Assembly (NCBI GenBank): GCA_024681515.1
Contig: JAILAR010000026.1
Span: 8,799-72,798, forward strand
From: Eubacterium sp.
GTDB lineage: Bacteria; Bacillota; Clostridia; Lachnospirales; Lachnospiraceae
Length of the DNA stretch: 64,000 nucleotides
Direction of reading: 5' to 3'
Shown: in pieces, positions 33,496-42,105 of the stretch
Numbering within the stretch: position 1 is the first letter of the stretch
How the letters are laid out: each line of letters opens with the position of its first letter
Program-made: the position numbers and the translations under genes
The notes under the pieces: generated by a model
What the model was told of the DNA's origin: nothing
Seen by the model: only the letters and a program-made list of their open reading frames with translations
Databases searched by the model: none

Positions 33496-36282
33496 ATGAT
33501 ACTGGATTGGAAAGAATATGAAGACCTGGCGAGACAGACGGTCAGTGAAGGGATCGTTCTTCTGAAAAATGACGGTCCTATATTACCGCTGGCCGAAAAC
33601 TGCAGACTGGCTGTATTCGGCCGTATGCAGAACAATTACTACAAGAGCGGAACGGGTTCCGGCGGAATGGTAAATGTTCCGGTGGTTCGGAGCATTATCG
33701 ATGTTTTAAAGGATGAGAAGATCATACTAAACAGGGAGCTTTTGTCCGTGTACGAGGAGTTTGAGACGGAGCACCCTTTTGATCCGGGGATCGGATTCGG
33801 AAATGAACCATGGTCCCAGGAGGAGATGGAGATCCCGGAGGAACTTGTCGAAAAAGCAGGTGCAGAGTCCGATACGGCACTTGTTATCATCGGCCGTACT
33901 GCTGGAGAAGAGCAGGACTATATCAATGAGAGGGGAGCATACAGGCTTTCGGAAAAAGAGGCGGATCTTCTGCTTAAAACAAGAAAGGCCTTTGACAAAT
34001 TAGTGCTTGTCATGAATGTGAGCGCGATCCTTGATATGCAGGAAATAGAGGAGATCTCTCCGGACGCGATCCTGTATATATGGCAGGGCGGTGAGATCGG
34101 TGCGCTGGGATGCTGTGATGTGCTCTTTGGGAGAGCTAATCCCGGCGGACGTCTGACGGATTCCGTCGTTCGCAGGATCGAGGACGCTTCTGCCTATGGA
34201 TATTTCGGTGACAGGGTCAGGAATTTCTATACGGAAGATATCTATGTCGGATATCGTTACTATGAAACGTTTCACAAAGCAGCGGTGATGTATCCCTTTG
34301 GGTTCGGGCTTTCCTATACGGAATTTGATGTGACGCCCGGAGAATTCAGGATCGAGTCCAAAACAGGAGCGAAAAAAGATAAGATCGAAGATGTATCGGA
34401 TAAAGTGATCCTGTCCGCAAATGTGAAGAATACGGGAAAGACCGCAGGCAAAGAAGTTGTTCAGTTTTATGGATCAATGCCCCAGGGAAAACTGGGAAAA
34501 CCGGCGATGAGTCTTGTGGGCTTTGTGAAGACGGAACTTCTGGGACCCGGGGAAGAATGTACGGTCTCCGTCGAAGTGACGCCATATACATTTTCATCTT
34601 ATGATGAAACGGGGATCACCGGTCATGAGAGCAGTTATGTTCTTGAAGAAGGAGAATATCTTTTCCATGTGGGGAAAAATGTACGGGATGTGAAGAGCAT
34701 CGGCGGTTTTACGATGGACGAAACGCTTTCAGTGGAGAAGCTGAGCCGTCAGATGGCACCGACCGAAAGCTTTCAAAGGATACGGCCGATTGAAAAGGAC
34801 GGAGAATATGTGATCGGAATGGAACCTGTCCCGTCGGCTCAGCTTACGGATCTTGAAGAAGCCGTGGCTGACAGACCTGAGTCAATTCCATATATCGGGG
34901 ATCAGGGGATCAAACTGAAAGATGCAAGAGACGGAAAGGCAAAGATGGAGGATTTTCTGGCGCAGCTTTCGGATGAGGACCTTTCCGTGATCATCCGCGC
35001 CGAGGGGATGGGCAGCCAGAAGGTGACTCCGGGTACAGCCGCGGCATTCGGGGGGATGAGTGCGTATCTTCGGAGTCTCGGGATTCCTGCCGGATGCTGC
35101 TCGGACGGACCCAGCGGTATGCGGCTTGACTCCGGGGCCAGAGCCTTCAGCCTTCCCAGCGGGACGCTTCTGGCATGCACCTGGAATACGGAACTGGTCA
35201 CACGGCTTTACGGCATGCTTGGCCTGGAAATGAATAAAAACGATGTGGATTTTCTGCTGGGACCGGGAATGAACATTCATCGTTATCCCCTGAACGGAAG
35301 AAATTTTGAGTATTTCAGTGAGGATCCGCTGGTGACCGGGAAGATGGCCGCCGCTGAGATCAGAGGTCTGAGAAAAAGCGGTGGTTCGGGAACACTGAAG
35401 CATTTCTGTGCCAATAATCAGGAAACCTGCCGGCATACGGAAGAAAATGTGGTTTCAGAAAGAGCACTCAGAGAAATCTATCTCAAAGGTTTTGAGATCG
35501 CGGTAAAGGAAGCCGGTGCGGATGCGGTAATGACGACCTACGGACCTGTGAACGGGATCTGGACAGGTTCCAGGCACGATCTGAATACGAACATCCTGCG
35601 GAAGGAATGGGGCTTTCAGGGTATCGTCATGACCGACTGGTGGGCAAATATCGGAGACGTGGGCGGCAAGGTGGATAAAAAATCATTTTCAAGGATCGTT
35701 CTGGCACAGAATGATCTGTATGCCGTCTGTGCCGATTCCGAAAACAATTCGCATGGGGATGATACCATTGATGCATTAAGGAACGGCAGGATCACACGGG
35801 GACAGCTGGTCAGGGTGGCCGGAAATATCTGCCGCGTGCTGATGAATACCAATGCAATGAAGCGTCTCTGCGGCGAAGACTATAAGGTGGAAGTTACGAA
35901 CTATGTTTCGGAGGAGGAGAACACGGATCCGGCGGATATCCGGTATTATGAGCTGCAGGACGGAACTGAGATCGATCTTACCGATGTGAAAACCGGGAAA
36001 GGGGAATCCGTGTTCTTCGGTTTCACCATCCCATGCCCCGGGGCTTATAGGATGGATATGGTGGGAAGTTCGGATCTGTCGGAGCTATCCCAGATGCCTG
36101 TGGGAGTTTTCTATCAAAGCGTTCCAAAAGGAACCTTCACGTTCCACGGAGGGGGAGAGGAGCTTACGATCCGGAGAATGATCCGTCTGGATTCCACCAG
36201 CGGGATCATGAGGCTGAAATTCATGAATGGCGGATTAAAACTGAAAAAGATGGTATTTACCTATATTCCATCCGCAGAATAA
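33496..36282 (+). CDS. glycoside hydrolase family 3 (beta-glucosidase-like) with permuted domain order
   Basis: The catalytic-domain motifs lie in the C-terminal half: SDGPSGMR, KHFCANNQE and GIVMTDWW (nucleophile Asp). The N-terminal half looks like the GH3 alpha/beta-sandwich domain (IVLLKNDGPILPL). Confidence 0.85.
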   Translation: MILDWKEYEDLARQTVSEGIVLLKNDGPILPLAENCRLAVFGRMQNNYYKSGTGSGGMVNVPVVRSIIDVLKDEKIILNRELLSVYEEFETEHPFDPGIGFGNEPWSQEEMEIPEELVEKAGAESDTALVIIGRTAGEEQDYINERGAYRLSEKEADLLLKTRKAFDKLVLVMNVSAILDMQEIEEISPDAILYIWQGGEIGALGCCDVLFGRANPGGRLTDSVVRRIEDASAYGYFGDRVRNFYTEDIYVGYRYYETFHKAAVMYPFGFGLSYTEFDVTPGEFRIESKTGAKKDKIEDVSDKVILSANVKNTGKTAGKEVVQFYGSMPQGKLGKPAMSLVGFVKTELLGPGEECTVSVEVTPYTFSSYDETGITGHESSYVLEEGEYLFHVGKNVRDVKSIGGFTMDETLSVEKLSRQMAPTESFQRIRPIEKDGEYVIGMEPVPSAQLTDLEEAVADRPESIPYIGDQGIKLKDARDGKAKMEDFLAQLSDEDLSVIIRAEGMGSQKVTPGTAAAFGGMSAYLRSLGIPAGCCSDGPSGMRLDSGARAFSLPSGTLLACTWNTELVTRLYGMLGLEMNKNDVDFLLGPGMNIHRYPLNGRNFEYFSEDPLVTGKMAAAEIRGLRKSGGSGTLKHFCANNQETCRHTEENVVSERALREIYLKGFEIAVKEAGADAVMTTYGPVNGIWTGSRHDLNTNILRKEWGFQGIVMTDWWANIGDVGGKVDKKSFSRIVLAQNDLYAVCADSENNSHGDDTIDALRNGRITRGQLVRVAGNICRVLMNTNAMKRLCGEDYKVEVTNYVSEEENTDPADIRYYELQDGTEIDLTDVKTGKGESVFFGFTIPCPGAYRMDMVGSSDLSELSQMPVGVFYQSVPKGTFTFHGGGEELTIRRMIRLDSTSGIMRLKFMNGGLKLKKMVFTYIPSAE

Positions 36283-36310
36283 ACAGAATCACAGGTTTCA
36301 TATATTCTCA

Positions 36311-36338
36311 AAGAGCGAGTTTTTCTCGCTCTTTTTTT
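36311..36338 (+). terminator. rho-independent terminator
   Basis: AAGAGCGAG-ttttt-CTCGCTCTT followed by a T-run. Confidence 0.8.
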
Positions 36339-36437
36339 GATGAAACCAGGCGCTTTGTTGCACTTTTGTTATGCCCCATGTTTTATCATAGAAGGCAAGA
36401 ATCGAGGTGACAGGCCTTTTAAAAGGAGGTAAGCAAA

Positions 36438-39400
36438 ATGGGAGAAGATGAAAAAAAGGCTGCGGAAGCGAACAACGAAAAGAAGGATGTGATGCCGCTT
36501 GATAACTTTTTTTTCAATCCGAGAAATATTTTCGGACAGAATACGGACTTCAGGGAGTTCAAAAAAAACGGTCCGATTCCGAATGACAAAAGTTTTAACG
36601 GTAACATGCTGCAATTCTTTGCCGTTTATCTTCTTGCGGAAAAGGATGTCACCATGGTACAGCTGCGTGATATGTATACGAAGGGCGACAAGCAGGGAAT
36701 TAAACGTCTGACGGATGATTTTATAAAGGATGTTACGGGCAGGCCGGTGAGGAATATGGATGATCTGTTTGAAGAGGAGCGGATCATGAATTATCGCTGG
36801 TACGGAAGACTGTATCATAAAGCCATGGAAAAGGCCACGGCTATGGGATATACCTTTGCGGATAAGGAGACCTTCAACAATGTGGAGGCTCTGAAGGATC
36901 CGGTGGAATCTCAGAAGCAGGTGTATCGGTATTTTTATGCGTTCCAGACGAGACCGAGTATATTTAAAAACAGCAATAATAATGCGTATAAAGAAGGATA
37001 TAAACATTTCGTCGAAGGCTTCGGAGGAAGACAGACCTATGACGATGACCGACATGAGGCTTATATGATCAGCGCTAAAGCGGATATTTATTTAAGAAGA
37101 ACAAACGGAAAGAAGGATTTTTCCAATTCACTGCTGAATCTGCTGGTGGAATATGATGATCATCTGACCGGTATCAATTCCCGGAGTATAAGCAGGGAGG
37201 ATTATCAGGCGCATTATTTATATTATGATGGATTCATGCGTCCCAATAAAGAGACTTTAAAATCGATTCAGCAAAGCTTTACCGAGGAAGAGAAAAATCA
37301 GATCATTAATAATTCCGGCAGTGTCAGTACGCTCCCGGAGGATCTGCGTAAGAAGTTTATCCTGGCAGGTGCCAAGCTTTTTCCTTTTGTAACGAATCTG
37401 GTAAAAGAGGCCAGGGAGTATGGTTATAAAGACAAGGAAGAGACGGCCAGACAGAAGACAATAAGAGAGGCCTTCGAGAATTCCGGCAAGGATAAAGCGG
37501 AGCAGGAACAGAAACTGGCAGAGGAAGCAAAGCTACGGGAAAAGTTCGAGGCTGAGGAAGCGGTATGGAAGAAGGAACTCCCGGCAAGACGGGCAGAGCA
37601 GGAATATCAGAAGAGGGTTGCGGCATATCAAAATGATCAGAAATTCAGGACCGGCTTTACAGGCAGATATGAAAACCTGACAGTTTCCCAGGTTCAGAGA
37701 ATATTTGATCAGCAGACAAAGGAATTTAAAAAAGCCACCGGCAGTGAAAGGGCTGAGGCGGAGCTTTCCATCCTCGGGCAGTATATAAAGGACAGAATCG
37801 ATGGTTTAGAGAATAGAAGGAAGGAGTATGAAGCCGCTTATCGTGAAGCGGAAAATAAAGAAGAACTCAGCGTAAAGCTGTTCCTGAAGGACTTTATCGG
37901 GGAAGAGGAACAGCGTGGATTTTTGCATGCGATAAAAGACGCGTATCCGGATGCGGATATTGATGCGGATGAAATGAAGCATGACTGGGAGAATATAACA
38001 AAAGATCCCATGACCCGTGACGAAAAAGCGCGGAATTATTTAGTGGAGCTGGCAGCCCGGTATCCGAAGGCGTGGGAATATAATAAAGAATCGAGAGAAA
38101 CACTGCCGGCCGAGATCAGGAACAGTGGAAATCATGATACACTGGTCAGATATTTCAATAAGAATCAGGGGAATATGCATATCTGTGAGAAGGCACGGAT
38201 GCTTCACAGAATACGGACCATAGAAAAAGCCCGGAATATATATAATGGGGACAGGGATAAGGAAGAGGGCAGCTTTATTGAAAGGCCTCAGGTGGTCATA
38301 TCATATAACCCCGGTTATCGTAAGGAAGATCTGGAACTCGACAACCGCCAGAGCAGCAACAACGGATGCTGGTCATGTGCTTTGGAGCTGCAGCTGAAAG
38401 CACAGGGGATTTCGGTGACTCAGGAAGAGATCCGGAACTTCAGAGTGGATTTTGGCGATAAGAAGCTGCATTCCCGTTCCTTTACGAAAAAACTGGATCG
38501 GGTTTATATGTATGACAACATGAACGATATTACCGAGAAGTCCAGTGCGGTTCTTGCATTTAAGCCGAACCTGATGATGAGGACCTTTGATATCCTTACT
38601 CCGGCTCAGGCACAGGAAGCACTGGGCACAAACGGTCTTATTGACACGGAGAAATATATAAAGGACGCTGCCAATGCAGCAGTAGAAAAGATCAAATATA
38701 TATTACTGAATGATGAGTCACCCGTTTCCTTTACCGATGGAAATCATTATTACACGATCACCGGAGTCGACGGACCGGAGATTGAGTTTATTGACTCCAT
38801 GAGGAAAGGCGATGTAAATGAAAGAGAACATAAGAACTTTGAGGATTTCGTACGGGATATCATGATTCCGGATCCGCAAAGCGGCCGGCTGCCGAATAAA
38901 CTTCAGCTGGTATGGCTGACGGAGATGGAACTGTCTGAGGACGGAAAATCATTCTATAATGTTCCGAGCAACTATCTTGAACTGAAGCAGGATGGTTCTT
39001 TTAAGATGCCGCCGAAGGCGATACTGGACGATGCAACGGATAAGACGGCGACAGAGGATGACAGCTTCAGAGTATGTCTTGTGGGCGGGAAGGATGATAC
39101 CGTATTTGATAGACTGACCAGAAATCCGCTGGATGACAAGAATCTCCTTATCGTTGAACAGGCCATCATTCCGAAGAAGATCAATGCCGATCTGTTAAGG
39201 GAAAACATGAAGGCCAGATCGGAAGACCGGCGGAAGGAACTTGAACGGTACAAAAAGAATCTTCTGGGAAGTGAAAAAGCGGTATCCAGGGACGATTCTC
39301 TGATCGGTCAAAGAGGCGGCCTCCGTCTTCAGGATGAAGAAAAATCGGCGCCGATCCCGAGAAGGACCAGAGAGGCGGAGGACAGAAAAGAGCGCGATGA

Positions 39401-39620
39401 TAAGACGCTCCATGCAGTAAAGACTACCATTCGGGACAGGAAGCTTTCCCGTGACCAAAGGCTTACGGTTCTGACGGAATGCGGAGAAGGAGATAGAGGC
39501 CATAGCGCACTGTACGCAGTGTCTGGCGGAGTATCTGCCCAGGGTGGATTCACTGGTTTTATGATGGAGCACGGACTCGAATCAGAATGGAAAAGTGGGG
39601 GAAGACGGGGTATTATCTGA
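36438..39620 (+). CDS. large hypothetical protein (1060 aa) with a Lys/Glu-rich (probably helical) N-terminal part and a papain-like Cys/His module
   Basis: SD AAAGGAGG. No signal peptide. Candidate catalytic motifs: SSNNGCWSCALELQL (~38355) and TDGNHYYTITGVDG (~38740). A long K/E-rich, possibly coiled-coil segment spans about aa 340-480. Confidence 0.8.
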   Translation: MGEDEKKAAEANNEKKDVMPLDNFFFNPRNIFGQNTDFREFKKNGPIPNDKSFNGNMLQFFAVYLLAEKDVTMVQLRDMYTKGDKQGIKRLTDDFIKDVTGRPVRNMDDLFEEERIMNYRWYGRLYHKAMEKATAMGYTFADKETFNNVEALKDPVESQKQVYRYFYAFQTRPSIFKNSNNNAYKEGYKHFVEGFGGRQTYDDDRHEAYMISAKADIYLRRTNGKKDFSNSLLNLLVEYDDHLTGINSRSISREDYQAHYLYYDGFMRPNKETLKSIQQSFTEEEKNQIINNSGSVSTLPEDLRKKFILAGAKLFPFVTNLVKEAREYGYKDKEETARQKTIREAFENSGKDKAEQEQKLAEEAKLREKFEAEEAVWKKELPARRAEQEYQKRVAAYQNDQKFRTGFTGRYENLTVSQVQRIFDQQTKEFKKATGSERAEAELSILGQYIKDRIDGLENRRKEYEAAYREAENKEELSVKLFLKDFIGEEEQRGFLHAIKDAYPDADIDADEMKHDWENITKDPMTRDEKARNYLVELAARYPKAWEYNKESRETLPAEIRNSGNHDTLVRYFNKNQGNMHICEKARMLHRIRTIEKARNIYNGDRDKEEGSFIERPQVVISYNPGYRKEDLELDNRQSSNNGCWSCALELQLKAQGISVTQEEIRNFRVDFGDKKLHSRSFTKKLDRVYMYDNMNDITEKSSAVLAFKPNLMMRTFDILTPAQAQEALGTNGLIDTEKYIKDAANAAVEKIKYILLNDESPVSFTDGNHYYTITGVDGPEIEFIDSMRKGDVNEREHKNFEDFVRDIMIPDPQSGRLPNKLQLVWLTEMELSEDGKSFYNVPSNYLELKQDGSFKMPPKAILDDATDKTATEDDSFRVCLVGGKDDTVFDRLTRNPLDDKNLLIVEQAIIPKKINADLLRENMKARSEDRRKELERYKKNLLGSEKAVSRDDSLIGQRGGLRLQDEEKSAPIPRRTREAEDRKERDDKTLHAVKTTIRDRKLSRDQRLTVLTECGEGDRGHSALYAVSGGVSAQGGFTGFMMEHGLESEWKSGGRRGII

Positions 39621-40176
39621 GTTTGATCGATCCAAGGATGGCGGTTGCAAAGTCTGAATCATATGCGAAGCCTGCCATACGTACATTGATGACCTTGTCA
39701 TCGATCACTGCATACATCTGTGCGACCTCGGAACCCTGATATTTGTAGCTGACGCCCGTCCATTCATAAGTACCGGTTTTGAGAGTTGCTTCTTTCGGAT
39801 TATGGTTTGCGTTAATTTCGATGGTGGATGCGATGTCTTTCTGACTCTGCGCCTTTGTTGATAGTATAAAATAAAAAAAGTTTGCGCCATTGTCAGTTTT
39901 TTTCACCCATACCGCATTCTCATCCCGTGCGTTCGTCTTTGTACCGGTTGTCAGACTCATTCCATCCGGAACAAGGATCTTTGAGTAGATGCCCCAGGAT
40001 CCTGTAGTTCCCTTAATCTTTACGGCCTCCGATTCGGGTGCTTCTTTGGTGCTTGAATTGTCATTGTTTAATACCGTACGGTCGCTTCCTGCTGAGTCTC
40101 CGGTTTTGTTTCCGCAGGAGGTCAGGCAGGAGATCAGTAACAGGGCGCATATTATTACGGTTGCCTTTATTTTCAT
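39613..40176 (-). CDS. lipoprotein, function unknown
   Basis: MKIKATVIICALLLISCLTSC has a lipobox (LTSC). SD AGGAGAA lies 6 nt upstream. The 3' end overlaps the convergent 1060-aa gene by 8 nt. Confidence 0.75.
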   Translation of the reverse strand: MKIKATVIICALLLISCLTSCGNKTGDSAGSDRTVLNNDNSSTKEAPESEAVKIKGTTGSWGIYSKILVPDGMSLTTGTKTNARDENAVWVKKTDNGANFFYFILSTKAQSQKDIASTIEINANHNPKEATLKTGTYEWTGVSYKYQGSEVAQMYAVIDDKVINVRMAGFAYDSDFATAILGSIKLR

Positions 40177-40348
40177 TTTCCGTTCTCCTGTTTTTTCATT
40201 GCTATATGATGATTGGTCAAAAGGATACAATCATCGCATCGCGCATCGTCAGCCGGAGGGGCAAATACCTGTTGATTCCGGCATCATTTTATATGATAAG
40301 GGGAATATTCCTCATCCGCAAGAGTCTTTTTGGTGGGGATATGAGTTT

Positions 40349-41221
40349 ATGAGTATATATAAGCAGATCAAAAACAAGTTCATAATGAAGAATGCCCGGG
40401 AAGATTGGACGGCATATCGTGTACATTTTACGGATCTGGTTGTCCGTCTCCTGTCGGAAATGCAGTCTCAGATGTCCGGGGATCCTGCATCGGGCAGTGT
40501 GATGTTGATCGGAGCCGGCAGATGCAATGATATCGAACTTCGAACCCTGGCGATATCAGCAGAAAATGTGATTCTTCTGGATGTGGACAAAGATGCCATG
40601 CGGGAGGCGGCCTTCGGCCTTCCGGATGAGCTGAGGCAGAAGGTGGAATGCAGGGAGGCATCCGTCACGGGTATAACCGAGGCCGATCTGGATGCTTTTT
40701 GCAATGACTTGCTTTCCTTTGTCCGATCTGCCGGAAAAGGCCTGACTATGGAAAGGCTCCACAGTCAGCTGAATGCCGGGTTGGATGTCCTGGATGACAA
40801 ACTTTTCAGGAAAGAGGATGAGCTGTTTGGAATCCTGCCGGAAGCGTCTGCAGATATCCTGGTATGCAACGGAGTGTTCAGTCAGTTCTTCTCCATGCTT
40901 TCTTTCTTTATCCGGTCGTTGTTTTACAGTCTGCAGGAGATTCTGCCCGATGTGGGAAGCTTGGAGAATGAAGTGAATGAGCGGATCCGCGGGATGAATG
41001 ACCATATCATCCCGATCATCAACCGGGCGTTTTGCACCGCTGCGAGAAAAGGAATTGTTTTGGGAAATGAATATATGTCGGATCGGCCGGTGGAAGGAGC
41101 ATACCAGTGTATCGAGTATGTGAGGAATAATCTTCGGCCCGAGGAGTTGCATTTGGCATGGGATTTTAACTGCGAGGAAGGAATTACATATGATATGCTG
41201 ATCCAGATATGCAGATTCTGA
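40349..41221 (+). CDS. hypothetical protein, possibly Rossmann-like
   Basis: ATG 40349 follows GGTGGGGA. VMLIGAGRCNDIE...VILLDVDKDAM loosely resembles nucleotide or SAM-binding motifs. The track ORF start at 39989 runs antisense through the lipoprotein gene. Confidence 0.6.
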   Translation: MSIYKQIKNKFIMKNAREDWTAYRVHFTDLVVRLLSEMQSQMSGDPASGSVMLIGAGRCNDIELRTLAISAENVILLDVDKDAMREAAFGLPDELRQKVECREASVTGITEADLDAFCNDLLSFVRSAGKGLTMERLHSQLNAGLDVLDDKLFRKEDELFGILPEASADILVCNGVFSQFFSMLSFFIRSLFYSLQEILPDVGSLENEVNERIRGMNDHIIPIINRAFCTAARKGIVLGNEYMSDRPVEGAYQCIEYVRNNLRPEELHLAWDFNCEEGITYDMLIQICRF

Positions 41222-41352
41222 ATCTGCTTTGCGATGCCTGAAATGGTTGATCAACTGGATTTCCGGGCGAACCGAAGCGGCCGTTTTTATTGAAATGAGA
41301 CGGCTTTTGTGATAACATGATTCTATTACACAACAAGGGGGTATCGGGGACA

Positions 41353-42015
41353 ATGAACATAGCAATTGACGGACCGGCAGGGGCCGGAAAAAGCACCATC
41401 GCACGTCTGGCCGCACAGCGCCTTGGATTTCTGTATGTGGATACCGGGGCAATGTACCGGGCCATAGCGCTTTATCTGCTGGATGCAAAGACGGATATCA
41501 ATGATAAAGAGAAACTGACGAAGGCGCTGGATCATATCCGGATCAATATCGCTTATGAGAAGGACGTGCAGCATGTGTTTCTGAACCTTCAGGATGTATC
41601 TGCGGAGATCCGGAGTGAGAAGGTCGGGAATATGGCATCCAAAACGGCGGCGCTTCCGGAGGTTCGTGCCAAGCTTCTGGATCTGCAGAGGGATATTGCG
41701 GCAAAGAACGATGTCCTGATGGACGGACGGGATATCGGAACGAATATCCTGCCGGATGCAGAGCTGAAGATCTATCTTACCGCATCCGTGGAGGTTCGTG
41801 CAGAACGCCGGTTTAAAGAATTAAAGCAAATGGGCGGCAATCCGAAGCTGGACGTGATCAAAGAGGATATCGAGAAACGGGATTATCAGGACATGAACCG
41901 GGAGATCGCACCGCTTCGGCAGGCAGAGGATGCGGTTCTGGTGGATTCCTCATATATGACTATCGAAGAAGTTGTAAATGAGATCGTGCGTCTGGCCAAA
42001 GAGCGCATGCAGTAA
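41353..42015 (+). CDS. cmk: cytidylate kinase
   Basis: MNIAIDGPAGAGKSTIARLAAQRLGFLYVDTGAMYRA. Confidence 0.95.
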   Translation: MNIAIDGPAGAGKSTIARLAAQRLGFLYVDTGAMYRAIALYLLDAKTDINDKEKLTKALDHIRINIAYEKDVQHVFLNLQDVSAEIRSEKVGNMASKTAALPEVRAKLLDLQRDIAAKNDVLMDGRDIGTNILPDAELKIYLTASVEVRAERRFKELKQMGGNPKLDVIKEDIEKRDYQDMNREIAPLRQAEDAVLVDSSYMTIEEVVNEIVRLAKERMQ

Positions 42016-42105
42016 TGACGTGACAGACAATGTGACACCGGAAGAAAAAGCAAGCTGATCCGTGGATCAGTATAGTTACACAGGACAGAGTTCAGGAATT
42101 GATTT

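Noticed and set aside
39613-39620. The 8-nt overlap of the convergent stop codons of the 1060-aa gene and the lipoprotein gene, as a possible regulatory (antisense) arrangement.
   Set aside because: Short convergent overlaps are common, and no structure or motif is associated with this one.
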